A stretch of 64,000 bases of DNA from the NCBI GenBank assembly GCA_903884815.1, contig CAISGE010000062.1, positions 17-64,016 on the forward strand. Reading direction: 5' to 3'. Source of the DNA: Candidatus Omnitrophota bacterium (GTDB taxonomy: Bacteria; Omnitrophota; Omnitrophia; Omnitrophales; Aquincolibacteriaceae). Below the pieces are notes generated by a model. That model saw only the letters and a program-made list of their open reading frames with translations. It searched no databases and was not told where the DNA came from. The translations under genes and the position numbers were made by a program. Of the stretch, positions 1-9,803 are shown one piece after another (position 1 is the first letter of the stretch; each line of letters begins with the position of its first letter).

Positions 1-2
1 CG

Positions 3-3000
3 GATCTTTTGTCCGCGCTTCCTGGTTTTAAGACCGGGGAACTCACGACCGTGAGTTTTGTGATCGATGAGAACGTGGTTCCTGCCGGGACGAGCGGCAA
101 GGTGACTGTGGACACGATGAACCTGAAGTATATCCCCAGCGTGAATCCCAACCTGGGGTCGACAACGGCGAGTACTTTGCCTCTCTTTTCGGATCTGATC
201 GCGTTTCAAAGTAAAGCACCAGATCCCACCGCAATCGCAAATGTGACGGCTCTTTCAGCCAACCGGTTCAACTTGCTTTTCACTGTCGCAAACGAGGGGA
301 GCTACGGTGGAACTGCCAGCGTTTATACGGAAGCGCACGATTTCACTGCGCTGAGTCATTTGGTGCTTGGCCTGAGATTGTCCGCGGGGAGTGGTGATGT
401 TTTTCTCGAGCTCCAGGATTCTACGGGGGCAAAAGGGAGCGTTCGTTTGACCGGGGTGAATGGGACCCTAGGTTTCTACGACGTGGCTTTAACGGAATTC
501 ACAAATTACTCGAATGTGAATCTTTCCAAAATCTCCAATGTCAATCTCGTGGTCACGTATGATTCTATGTCCGCGTCGGCACGCACGGCTACAACCCTTG
601 AAGTTACTCTTGCAAATCAGCCGTTCGTGACGAACGTTCCGTGGGATCCGACAGCGACGATCAATGACATTTCTCTTCTCCCGCAGTTCAAGAATCTTGT
701 GGCATTCGGGAGCAAGACACCTGCGCCTACCGGGGTGGCAACGGCGACGCCGTTTACGGCAACCCGTTTTAACCTTAATTACAACGTGTTGAATGGCGGC
801 AGCTATGTCGGGAGTATCAGCACCTATGATGATTTTTCGACACCGGCCATAGAATCCATACCCCTTAGTCTGACAAAGCTCGTGCTTGGTCTGCGCCTGC
901 AGTCCGGAGGTGGGGCTGTGAAGATCATTGTGGAAGATGCCTCTACTCCTGGGAACAAAGCGGCTGTTCTCCTCACGGATGTCACGACGACAGAGAAATT
1001 CTATACCATCGATAAGGCCCTTTTTGCGGGCATTGATTGGTCGAAGGTGAGGAATATCATTGTCCAGGTTGAGTCCAAAGATGTTTCGGAAAAGATCGGC
1101 GTGCTGGAAGTGCGTTTCGGGAACAATTACTTTATCCCCGGGGTCATCACGGGGACGACTTATAATCCCGCTGCGTTGACCTCTCTCCCGTTCTTTCCGG
1201 CGCTTCTTGCGGGTTCAGCCAATTCTGCCGCGGGTGAGGCCAAGCCAACGATTACCATGACGCCGAATTCGTCCAGCGAGTTCGAGTATCAGTACGATCT
1301 CTCGCATGGACTTTCCGGATTCACCTTTGTTTCAATCGCAAGGACAGGGTCGCTGGTGTATCGGTTTCCGACCAATCAATATGTCTTTGCGGCCAAAGGC
1401 AGTGCGGGAGAGCGGATTCAGGTGGAGATCAAGGATCCTGACAACTGTGGTACCGCGGCCGGGTGCGATACGGCGGTTTATACGATCGAGTTGACTTCGG
1501 ACTATCAGAATTTCGTGCTGGATCTTCCGGCGAATATCGACCGAACGAGGATCAAGGAAGTTGTTTTTGTCCAGACCGCCAATTTGGGGTCGCCGCTGTT
1601 GAATGATTTTGTGAAGATCCAGACGACGGGATTGAAGACAGTGGTCAATCCTTTGCCGACGGATCTCCAGGCAATTCAAACGACGCTGGCCACGCGAGGT
1701 ATCGGTTATTTTGATCCTAATGCCATAGATTCGGGGATCGATCCTGTCACACATTTCCCGTACGATAATATTACGGATGGTGTGGCCAAAAAACAAACTC
1801 AGCCGACGCTGATCGGATTCTATCTTCAAATCCTCGGGGATGTGGTGCTGAAAGCTCTCAACAACGGCATGGACCAGGCGCATGCGCTTGCCGAGATTCA
1901 GACCGTATTGACCAATCTTCTTTCCGCTCAGGCTCAATATGGTTGGGCTCCTCCCGGGCAAACCGTCAAGGGTCTGATTCCCTGGTTTGATCTTGGAACT
2001 ACCGGCATTACGAAAGCGTCCACGGATAAAGTTGCTCTCGGGGACAACGCGAATTTGGCGCAGAGTTTGGCCGTCATGGTCGGCGCGCTGAAAAATTCGG
2101 GGCTGACCGGGACGAATCTGACAACGGCACAGTCTATCGCCGCCAAGGTCGAACAATTTCTCGATAACCAGAGAGTGGGTTATGAGAAGTTCGTAGATAC
2201 CTCCAAGGGGCAATTCTATGGCGATGTTAGCACCGTGACAGGAGTGTTTTCAAATCACATTGATCGCCTGGCCAATGAATTCCGTGGAGCGATCGCGTTC
2301 CTTATGGTTCGATATCCGACCTTACCGAAAAAGACAAGTGATGGCTCCTCGGTCTGGGACAATCTCGAGGTCGTGACGAATGACAGCTATGTGGATCGTA
2401 ACGGGGATACCATCACGAACCTTGCGGCATGGGATGGCGGCGCTTTTCAGACTTTCTGGCCGTCACTCAGAAATAATGAAATGGATTTTATCGGGTTCCG
2501 GAACGCCCTTTACAATCAGCTCGTCACGCAGTTGGACTATGCGTATCAGAACCGTATCCCCGGCATTTTGTCAGCCAGCGCGCGACCCGACAATAACGCT
2601 TATGAAGGCGATATCGGGATACCGCAGATCGCTGAAGAGAACATGAATCACCCGGCTGGGTCAAATCTGCTTCTGGCCGATGTCGGTTCCACCTATGCTC
2701 TGGCTGCGGCGATGAATGTGGATAACTACGCTGTCTTGGGTTGGTTGGATACGATCGACTTTTTGTACGGGGTTAATGGCTCTTTCAAGTTTCTCGTGTC
2801 GGATTTTATCGGGACCTTTGATGCCAACTCTTTTAAGGGGAACGGGCTGGCGGATGGTTGGGATCAGGGGAAACTTACTCCCACACCTGCTACTCCGGAG
2901 GCTTGGCGCGATGCTCTCAATCAGATCCTGCCGGTAAGAATGCGCACCACGGATTATCAAAGTATTCAATCCAATTCAACGATTCTGGCCAAACTCGACG

Positions 3001-4301
3001 CGGAAGCCAAAGGATTGCTCACCAAGGCGCTCATTTCGCCCGCGGTCGACATGACGGTATCTGAGCTGGAAGTTTTGAACAGACGGATCATCGAGGCCGT
3101 TTATCCTCAACTGGTAGAAAAGGCTCACTCCTACGGTTTCTATGATTCAGCTCGGTCTGCCAGCGAGATTTCCTCGAGCTACGTCGGGATCGATGTGGCG
3201 TCGACAGTTCTTGGCCTGTCGGGCAAGGGAGGCGCGGATTTCTCGGCTTATTTGACGGATAAAGGCTGGACGGCAGCCTACAACAAGCTTTACGACGATA
3301 AGAGCCATCTCCTAATGGGAATTACCCGGACAGACACGACGGTTCCCGTTGCGCCTGAGTTTCCGGACCGTTCTTTCGCGGTGTTCAGTAATCTCTCGTC
3401 CCAGGGAGTGATCAATAATTTTCTGCCGACCACGACGCAGCCCTACGGGATACGTCTTGCCTACACCGATTTGAAAGGCGTCGACAGTGGTTATTTCTGG
3501 AAATTTGATCAAGCCTATAACGCCACGGCGAATCAGCTGATCATCAACTATTCGGCGCCTGTGACGCCGCAGAGTGTAAGGCTCGAGTTCAAGGATGCCG
3601 CGGGGTTGGTGCTTTATCAGACGTCCATAATGCTTCAGGATAAGGCCACGTTCGCGCGTCTCATGATCGATCTGCCGAACTTGGCGATCCTGAGCCAGGT
3701 CAAGGAGCTTGATCTTGTAGTGGATCCCCAGGAAGGCGGTGCCGCTCAAGGGGATTTCACGATCCATGCGATTGACTTCCAGCATGTGCCGTCCGCACCG
3801 GTGGTGCCGCTTAGCGTGGTGCCAAGTCCGGCCGTGGTCACAGTATTGCCTGTGAATGACGCTACCGTTCCGGTTGCTGGCGTTCCGGAAGTTGTGGGGA
3901 CATCTCCCAATGACGTGGTGGCACATACGCCGGGTACGAACATTACGGATCTCCATTTTGATCTGAGGCAGCCCAACGCTATTGCCGCGATCGTTCTGAA
4001 TTTCGATCCAAATCTCAAGGGGAATAGTATCGATCTTTCCGCGATCCCGAATCTGATCTTTGGGATCAGTTCGGCAGTGGCGATGAATATCCAAATCGAA
4101 ATTGAAGATACCAAGGGAAATACCTACAGAACCTCGCATTCGGACATTGTGGCGTCGGGATATTACAAGTTTCTGACGTCCCTGGCGTTTGGGCGGGTGG
4201 ATCTGAGCCACGTGAAGGCTATTAAATTTGGCGTGGATCAGTATTCCGTGACAACTCCCACGGAAGGGGATCTGCAGCTTGAGATCGGCGGCTTGTCCTA
4301 G
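3..4301 (+). CDS. Giant secreted glycan-active protein, C-terminal part (5' end outside window): tandem CBM11-like beta-sandwich repeats plus GH144/GH189-like (glycoamylase-like) domain
   Basis: Frame open to the window edge. ~165-aa repeats (LP.F..L.AF.SK.P.PT..A..T...A.RFNL). Motifs TQPTLIGFYL, WDGGAFQTFWPSL, YGFYDS and YVGID resemble beta-1,2-glucan-active (alpha/alpha)6 enzymes. Confidence 0.7.
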   Translation, partial: DLLSALPGFKTGELTTVSFVIDENVVPAGTSGKVTVDTMNLKYIPSVNPNLGSTTASTLPLFSDLIAFQSKAPDPTAIANVTALSANRFNLLFTVANEGSYGGTASVYTEAHDFTALSHLVLGLRLSAGSGDVFLELQDSTGAKGSVRLTGVNGTLGFYDVALTEFTNYSNVNLSKISNVNLVVTYDSMSASARTATTLEVTLANQPFVTNVPWDPTATINDISLLPQFKNLVAFGSKTPAPTGVATATPFTATRFNLNYNVLNGGSYVGSISTYDDFSTPAIESIPLSLTKLVLGLRLQSGGGAVKIIVEDASTPGNKAAVLLTDVTTTEKFYTIDKALFAGIDWSKVRNIIVQVESKDVSEKIGVLEVRFGNNYFIPGVITGTTYNPAALTSLPFFPALLAGSANSAAGEAKPTITMTPNSSSEFEYQYDLSHGLSGFTFVSIARTGSLVYRFPTNQYVFAAKGSAGERIQVEIKDPDNCGTAAGCDTAVYTIELTSDYQNFVLDLPANIDRTRIKEVVFVQTANLGSPLLNDFVKIQTTGLKTVVNPLPTDLQAIQTTLATRGIGYFDPNAIDSGIDPVTHFPYDNITDGVAKKQTQPTLIGFYLQILGDVVLKALNNGMDQAHALAEIQTVLTNLLSAQAQYGWAPPGQTVKGLIPWFDLGTTGITKASTDKVALGDNANLAQSLAVMVGALKNSGLTGTNLTTAQSIAAKVEQFLDNQRVGYEKFVDTSKGQFYGDVSTVTGVFSNHIDRLANEFRGAIAFLMVRYPTLPKKTSDGSSVWDNLEVVTNDSYVDRNGDTITNLAAWDGGAFQTFWPSLRNNEMDFIGFRNALYNQLVTQLDYAYQNRIPGILSASARPDNNAYEGDIGIPQIAEENMNHPAGSNLLLADVGSTYALAAAMNVDNYAVLGWLDTIDFLYGVNGSFKFLVSDFIGTFDANSFKGNGLADGWDQGKLTPTPATPEAWRDALNQILPVRMRTTDYQSIQSNSTILAKLDAEAKGLLTKALISPAVDMTVSELEVLNRRIIEAVYPQLVEKAHSYGFYDSARSASEISSSYVGIDVASTVLGLSGKGGADFSAYLTDKGWTAAYNKLYDDKSHLLMGITRTDTTVPVAPEFPDRSFAVFSNLSSQGVINNFLPTTTQPYGIRLAYTDLKGVDSGYFWKFDQAYNATANQLIINYSAPVTPQSVRLEFKDAAGLVLYQTSIMLQDKATFARLMIDLPNLAILSQVKELDLVVDPQEGGAAQGDFTIHAIDFQHVPSAPVVPLSVVPSPAVVTVLPVNDATVPVAGVPEVVGTSPNDVVAHTPGTNITDLHFDLRQPNAIAAIVLNFDPNLKGNSIDLSAIPNLIFGISSAVAMNIQIEIEDTKGNTYRTSHSDIVASGYYKFLTSLAFGRVDLSHVKAIKFGVDQYSVTTPTEGDLQLEIGGLS

Positions 4302-4398
4302 CTTCCTCTCTTCGTTTCAATAAAGGTTGCTAGGGCTAGTCCAATTTTCGATTTAGAAATAAATGCGGTGAATTGGGCTTGTCCTAGCTTCCTCTCTT
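4290..4398. repeat. 23-bp direct repeat (4290-4312, 4376-4398) with imperfect inverted repeat
   Basis: ggcttgtcctagcttcctctctt occurs twice; 4329-4346 vs 4371-4388 is a 15/18 inverted match. Confidence 0.8.
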
Positions 4399-4589
4399 TT
4401 CGTAAGGGAATCGGATTTGCAATAATACCGGGTCAGGGTTACAATCCACTCACGATTTTTTTAAACACGGGGATGGAATGTATGGAAAACGAACCCGGTA
4501 TCCTCGATCTCATTGAGACTCTAAAGAGCAGTCAAACATCCCGCCCGGCGGGCTCCAGAGCGGTTGCAACCCCTATAGGGAGGTCCACC

Positions 4590-5456
4590 ATGAATAATCC
4601 CATCTCGGGACTCATCTTTTTCGCACTTCTCATCCTCGGTTTTCTTGTGGGCGCGCCGATTTTTATGGCGAATCAGGCCCTCGGGGGAATGCTGGGGGTG
4701 GGCTGGTTCTTTCTTTCCATGGTCATCGCCAATGGGGTTCAAATGGCGGCGCAATGGGAGAAGGGAGTGGTTTTTCAGCTTGGAAAATTCAGCAGAATCG
4801 CGGGGCCCGGACTTTTCTTTATTATTCCGGTGGTGGAGGAGGTTCGCAAGATCGATATGCGCGTTCTCACGATGGATATCCCGTCCCAGCAGGTGATCAC
4901 CAAGGACAATGTGCCCGTGAAGATCAATGGCGTGATCTTTTTTAAAGTCGATGATCCCGCGAACGCGATCATTAAAGTGCAGGATTATCGTTACGCGATC
5001 TCGCAGTACTCCCAGACCTCGCTTCGTGACGTCATCGGTCAGATGACGCTCGATCAGCTTCTGACGGAACGGGAAGAGATCGGCAAAAAGATCGAGGCGA
5101 ATGTGGAAAAAGACACCGAAGCCTGGGGACTTGAAGTGACAGGCATCCGGATCCAGGATATTGATATGCCGGAAGAGCTTAAGAAGATGATGTCCCGTCA
5201 AGCCTCGGCGGAACGGGAAAAGCGCGCGACGATCACGAAGGCGGAAGGCGATCGCGATGCCTCGGCGAACCTTGCGCTAGCGGCGAAGATCATGGCGGAA
5301 AGTCCAGGGGCGATGCAACTCAGGACGCTTCAGACGATTGATGGTCTTGGGCCTACGGCTTCGAACACCGTGGTGCTTGCGGTGCCTATCAATATCATGG
5401 ATATCTTGGATCAGACCAGCGCGTTCTTGAAGACCAAGACGAACAAACCGACTTAG
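4590..5456 (+). CDS. SPFH/band 7 (stomatin-like) membrane protein
   Basis: GPGLFFIIP, ITKDNVPV, RQASAEREKRA, AMQLRTLQT; ATG 4590 preceded by GGGAGG. Confidence 0.92.
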   Translation: MNNPISGLIFFALLILGFLVGAPIFMANQALGGMLGVGWFFLSMVIANGVQMAAQWEKGVVFQLGKFSRIAGPGLFFIIPVVEEVRKIDMRVLTMDIPSQQVITKDNVPVKINGVIFFKVDDPANAIIKVQDYRYAISQYSQTSLRDVIGQMTLDQLLTEREEIGKKIEANVEKDTEAWGLEVTGIRIQDIDMPEELKKMMSRQASAEREKRATITKAEGDRDASANLALAAKIMAESPGAMQLRTLQTIDGLGPTASNTVVLAVPINIMDILDQTSAFLKTKTNKPT

Positions 5457-5686
5457 GCGGCGGGACTTTGGGGCAAAAAAAAGCCCCAACAATGAGTTCG
5501 AGAATCACGCTTTATCTAGCAATTTTATAGTATAAAAAACCGCATTGCTCGTCAGGCGAAATCCTCTAGGCTGTGGCTGTTATGCTCACGTTGAGGCTTT
5601 TAGCTCTTGGGAGGAACGGCTTCGAATCCTGCCTTGCTTCGCCGTTCCTCAATGTCAAAGAATCATGTATAATACCCCTCAATTGA

Positions 5687-5715
5687 AGGGTAGCTGTCCC
5701 AGGCTCATCTGTCAA
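5687..5715 (-). promoter_or_regulatory. Putative sigma70 promoter, minus strand, no downstream CDS
   Basis: TTGACA-17nt-TACCCT on the minus strand. Confidence 0.4.
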
Positions 5716-5758
5716 GGTTCGTAAGCCTAATCAGTTAAAAGACTTAGGAAAGCAGTTT

Positions 5759-5787
5759 TTGACAATAAATGGGGTTGTTGTTAGGAT
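5759..5787 (+). promoter_or_regulatory. sigma70 promoter of rib operon
   Basis: TTGACA-17nt-TAGGAT. Confidence 0.7.
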
Positions 5788-5820
5788 AACTCGCAATGGT
5801 GTTCAAAATCTGAAAAGGTT

Positions 5821-7035
5821 GTGACGATGCACAGTACGACAGAAGAGATTATCCAGGATATTCGTGAGGGTCGCATGGTCATCATGACCGATGATGAGAC
5901 CCGTGAGAACGAAGGCGACATTGTTTTTGCCGCTTCCAAGACGACTCCTGAGATGGTCAATTTCATGATGAAATACGCGCGCGGGCTGATTTGTGTTCCT
6001 ATGGCCGCAGATCGCATTCAGGTTTTAGGGCTTGATCAGATGAATCCGAATCCTGAAGACTCCATGAAAACCGCGTTCACGGTATCGGTGGACGCGCGAG
6101 TCGGCATTACCACAGGGATTTCCGCCTATGATCGGAATCGAACCATTGAACTTCTCGCCGACTCCCGGACGCACCGCGAAGACCTGGTGATCCCCGGGCA
6201 TATTTTTCCGCTCAAGGCTAAGCAGGGAGGCGTGCTTCGCCGTGCCGGCCATACCGAAGCCGCGGTAGATCTGGCAGAGGCCGCCGGGTTGCCATCCGCG
6301 GCGGTAATCTGCGAGATCGTTAATGACGATGGGAAAATGGCGAGACTTGCGGATCTCCTGGAATTCGCAAAGGCGCATAAGCTGAAGATCGGAACGATAC
6401 AGGATCTCATCGCTTACCGGACCAAGGCCAACAAGCTTGTGAAGAAAATAAGCGAGGCGCAGCTGCCGACTAAATTCGGCGTTTGGACCATCAAGATCTA
6501 TGAGTCGGTCCTTGACGGCGCGCAGCATGTCGCGTTGATCCAGGGGAAGGTCGGGGATAGTCCGGCGCTCGTGCGTGTCCACTCGGAGTGTTTTACCGGG
6601 GATGTGCTGAGTTCTCTGCGCTGTGATTGTCAGGATCAGCTTGCCGCAGCGATGAAGATGATTCAAAAAGAAGGTGCGGGCGTGATCCTCTATATGCGTC
6701 AGGAAGGTCGTGGAATCGGTCTCGCGAACAAGATCAAGGCGTACGGGCTTCAGGACGATCAAGGGCTCGACACGGTCCAGGCAAATGAGGCGCTCGGTTT
6801 TAAGCCGGATCTTCGCGATTACGGGATCGGGGCCCAGATCCTTCACGACCTTGGGCTTTCCAAGCTTCGTCTGATGACCAATAATCCCCGCAAGATCGTG
6901 GGACTGGAAGGGTATGGTCTTCAGATCGTCGAGCGGCTTCCGATCGTTATCCCCTCGAACCCTACGAACGCGAAATACCTTCAGACGAAAATAGATAAAT
7001 TCGGCCATCTTTTCGGTAAGGAGACGAACCCATGA
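5821..7035 (+). CDS. ribBA: Bifunctional DHBP synthase / GTP cyclohydrolase II
   Basis: DDETRENEGD, RAGHTEA, RVHSECFTGD, RCDC, QEGRGIGL. Confidence 0.97.
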   Translation: MTMHSTTEEIIQDIREGRMVIMTDDETRENEGDIVFAASKTTPEMVNFMMKYARGLICVPMAADRIQVLGLDQMNPNPEDSMKTAFTVSVDARVGITTGISAYDRNRTIELLADSRTHREDLVIPGHIFPLKAKQGGVLRRAGHTEAAVDLAEAAGLPSAAVICEIVNDDGKMARLADLLEFAKAHKLKIGTIQDLIAYRTKANKLVKKISEAQLPTKFGVWTIKIYESVLDGAQHVALIQGKVGDSPALVRVHSECFTGDVLSSLRCDCQDQLAAAMKMIQKEGAGVILYMRQEGRGIGLANKIKAYGLQDDQGLDTVQANEALGFKPDLRDYGIGAQILHDLGLSKLRLMTNNPRKIVGLEGYGLQIVERLPIVIPSNPTNAKYLQTKIDKFGHLFGKETNP

Positions 7036-7535
7036 CGGTTTATCACGGCAAGATCCTCGCTGGAAATAAGAAGTTCGGCATCGTTGTTTCGAGATTTAAT
7101 GATTTTATCACCTCTCGGTTGCTCAACGGGGCGGTGACGACCCTCAAGAAAGCCGGAGCGCCGGACAAGAACATCAAGATCGTCTGGGTCCCGGGCGGCC
7201 TTGAAGTTCCTTTTTTCTGTAAAAAGTTGAAATCTCAAAAACATTGTGATGTGGTGATTGCTCTCAGCTGCGTGATCCGCGGGGGAACCTACCATTTTGA
7301 GTGCGTGTCGAATGAACTTACCCGCGGGATCAGCCAGGTGGCGCTCGAGACCGGGACGCCGATCGCGTCGGGGATCCTGACGGTTGAGAATCTGGAACAG
7401 GCGATTGACCGGGCCGGGTTGAAGCATGGCAATAAGGGCGAGCAAGCCGCTTTGGCGGCGCTTGAGATCGCAAGTTTGAATGACCAGTTATCCGGCAAGG
7501 GAAAGCCTTCGAAGGTTCGTGCTAAGAAGAAGTAG
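7032..7535 (+). CDS. ribH: 6,7-dimethyl-8-ribityllumazine synthase
   Basis: VVSRFNDFIT, VIRGGTYHFE, QAIDRAG, NKG. Confidence 0.95.
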   Translation: MTVYHGKILAGNKKFGIVVSRFNDFITSRLLNGAVTTLKKAGAPDKNIKIVWVPGGLEVPFFCKKLKSQKHCDVVIALSCVIRGGTYHFECVSNELTRGISQVALETGTPIASGILTVENLEQAIDRAGLKHGNKGEQAALAALEIASLNDQLSGKGKPSKVRAKKK

Positions 7536-7567
7536 GATCTTTCGACAAAAAAACGGTAAAGGAAAAC

Positions 7568-8017
7568 ATGCAACGTAAACGAACCCAATCCCGTGAGTGC
7601 GCGCTCCAGATCCTTTATCAGCATGAGATGAATCCCGAGCCCATGCCGGAGATCCTGAAATTGTTTTGGTCCCAGCAGGATGAAGTTTTCTCCGATGAAG
7701 TCCGGACTTTTGCGGAAAAACTCGCGCTGGGGGTTATGGAAAATCAGCTTGAGATCGACCAGGTCCTGGGGAAGTACGCGGATAACTGGGAACTTTCGCG
7801 TATGGCCATGATCGACCGGAATGTGATGCGCCTCGCGACTTACGAACTGCTTTATCTGGCCGACGTTCCGCCTAAAGTCACGCTGAATGAGGCTGTGAAT
7901 CTTGCCAAGAAGTTTTCGCAGGAAGAATCCGGCAAGTTCGTCAACGGCATCCTCGATAAGATCAACCACACCGAAAAGCCAAAAAATCCCAAGGACCATG
8001 ACCCTTCCGTCGCATGA
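7568..8017 (+). CDS. nusB: Transcription antitermination factor NusB
   Basis: RTQSRECALQILY, NEAVNLAKKF, FVNGILD. Confidence 0.95.
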   Translation: MQRKRTQSRECALQILYQHEMNPEPMPEILKLFWSQQDEVFSDEVRTFAEKLALGVMENQLEIDQVLGKYADNWELSRMAMIDRNVMRLATYELLYLADVPPKVTLNEAVNLAKKFSQEESGKFVNGILDKINHTEKPKNPKDHDPSVA

Positions 8018-9122
8018 ATTTTGGATGAAGCGCGCGATCGCTTTGGCGGAAAAAGGACGTTTTAGCGTCAGTCCTAATCCCATGGTTGGAGCCTGTGTCG
8101 TCCTAAAGGGGAAACTGGTGGGCTCCGGCTTTCATGAGAAATTTGGTGCCCCTCACGCTGAACCCAACGCCCTCGCCCGGGCCGGAAACAAAACTAAGGG
8201 CGCCACGCTTTACGTGACACTGGAACCCTGTGCCACCTGGCAAAAAACCCCGCCCTGCGCTCCTATGATCCTCAAAAAAGGCATACGGGAAGTCGTGATC
8301 GGTTGTCTGGATCCGAATCCTCTCAATCGTGGGAAAGGGGTTCGCTTTCTCCGCCGTAACGGAATTGCCGTGACAACAGGAATCCTAGAGCTGGAGGTTC
8401 GAAAGCAGAACGAAGGCTTCTTCAAGTGCATGACCGATAAGCGGCCCTTTGTGACACTTAAAATGGCGCAAACGCTGGACGGTAAAATCGCGACACACCG
8501 GGGACTTTCTCGATGGATCTCTTCGCCGCCGTCGCGTGAATTTGTTCACGAGCTTCGGGCCCAGCACGATGCTGTCCTGGTGGGCAAGAACACCTTTGAG
8601 AAGGATGATCCGAGGCTTACAGTTCCGAAACGTTCCCGTTCCCTTGAATCGGGGAAGCCCTGGAAAATCATCATGATCTCCGCAACAGGGTGGTCACGAA
8701 AGGCGCGGATTTTTGAGGATGAACGGCTGACGGTCCTTGCGTTCCGGGAGAAGGATCTTGGTGCGATCGCGAAAAAAGCAGAAGCTCAAAAAGGATCTCT
8801 AATGCTTTTACCGGTCAAAGAGAGACACGGAAAGCTGGAAGTGCGCGATCTTCTCAAGAAACTTGCGGCGATCGGTGTGACGCGGTTGCTTGTCGAAGGC
8901 GGCGGAGAGCTGGCATGGTCTTTTCTCGAGGCGGGATGCGTGGATCGGGCTTTTTGGATCATCGCGCCCAAGATCTTCGGGGGACGGAATGCAAAGACCT
9001 CCGTGGAGGGCTCGGGCGTCAAGATACCTGACCAGGCATTTTTGTTTCTACCTGAAAAGGTAACGCGTTCAGGAAAAGATTGGATCTTCTCAGGGAATTT
9101 TAAGAAAAATAAAATAAAGTAA
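7998..9122 (+). CDS. ribD: Riboflavin biosynthesis deaminase/reductase
   Basis: PNPMVG, HAE, TLEPC, TLDGKIA, LLVEGG. Confidence 0.95.
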   Translation: MTLPSHEFWMKRAIALAEKGRFSVSPNPMVGACVVLKGKLVGSGFHEKFGAPHAEPNALARAGNKTKGATLYVTLEPCATWQKTPPCAPMILKKGIREVVIGCLDPNPLNRGKGVRFLRRNGIAVTTGILELEVRKQNEGFFKCMTDKRPFVTLKMAQTLDGKIATHRGLSRWISSPPSREFVHELRAQHDAVLVGKNTFEKDDPRLTVPKRSRSLESGKPWKIIMISATGWSRKARIFEDERLTVLAFREKDLGAIAKKAEAQKGSLMLLPVKERHGKLEVRDLLKKLAAIGVTRLLVEGGGELAWSFLEAGCVDRAFWIIAPKIFGGRNAKTSVEGSGVKIPDQAFLFLPEKVTRSGKDWIFSGNFKKNKIK

Positions 9123-9131
9123 GGAGCGACT

Positions 9132-9803
9132 ATGTTCACGGGCATTATTGAGAATCAAGGCATCGTTAAAAAAAGGGAAGATCGCGGCGGGCAGGTCCGC
9201 TTCGGGTTCCGGTTCAGGAAAAAAGAAAAAGGACTCCGTGTGGGAGAAAGCATCATGGTCTCCGGGGTATGTTTGACAGCCGTTCGCGTGAGTCCCGAGG
9301 GTTTTGAAGCAGATGTGGTGCATCAGACGCTTCAAGCGACGACGCTTGGAGCGCTTAAGATGGGCGGTGTCGTCAATCTTGAGAGGTCGCTCAAGGTGGG
9401 AGATGGGATGGGCGGGCATTTTGTGACCGGTCATATCGACGGCCGCGGCACGATTTGTAAGATTGAAAAGAGAAAAAAGAATACGACCTTGTTCATTAAA
9501 GCTTCCAAGGATATAATCGCGCTGCTCGCGGACAAAGGCTCGGTTGCTTGTGACGGAATCAGCCTGACCGTCCAAAAAGTTCGCGGGGGAATTTTCCAAA
9601 TTGCTGTGATCCCTCACACGCTCAAGGTGACGACGTTGGGGATCAAGCGAGTGGGCTATGAAGTCAATCTCGAAGTGGATATTGTGGCGCGCTATCTTCA
9701 AATGTGTTTTGCTAAAGAAAAGTCCCGGAAAACTTTTTCATCGCGCGCGATACTCCGGGAACTTCTCCAGCAGGGGCGTGAGTGGAAAAAAGATTTGAAT
9801 TGA
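9132..9803 (+). CDS. ribE: Riboflavin synthase
   Basis: MFTGIIE, GVCLT, GGHFVTGHID, VNLEVD. Confidence 0.95.
   Translation: MFTGIIENQGIVKKREDRGGQVRFGFRFRKKEKGLRVGESIMVSGVCLTAVRVSPEGFEADVVHQTLQATTLGALKMGGVVNLERSLKVGDGMGGHFVTGHIDGRGTICKIEKRKKNTTLFIKASKDIIALLADKGSVACDGISLTVQKVRGGIFQIAVIPHTLKVTTLGIKRVGYEVNLEVDIVARYLQMCFAKEKSRKTFSSRAILRELLQQGREWKKDLN

Noticed and set aside
2775-3130. Intein in the giant protein
   Set aside because: Lacks splice-junction motifs.
4368-4589. N-terminal extension of the SPFH ORF
   Set aside because: Starts inside a repeat; a strong SD precedes ATG 4590.
5540-5560. Hammerhead core CTGACGA on the minus strand
   Set aside because: No GAAA follows the putative stem II.
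5611-5650. tRNA-like TTCGAATCC
   Set aside because: The T-stem does not pair and there is no cloverleaf.
5530-5820. FMN riboswitch upstream of ribBA
   Set aside because: No RFN consensus, and the promoter lies only ~35 nt before the start codon.
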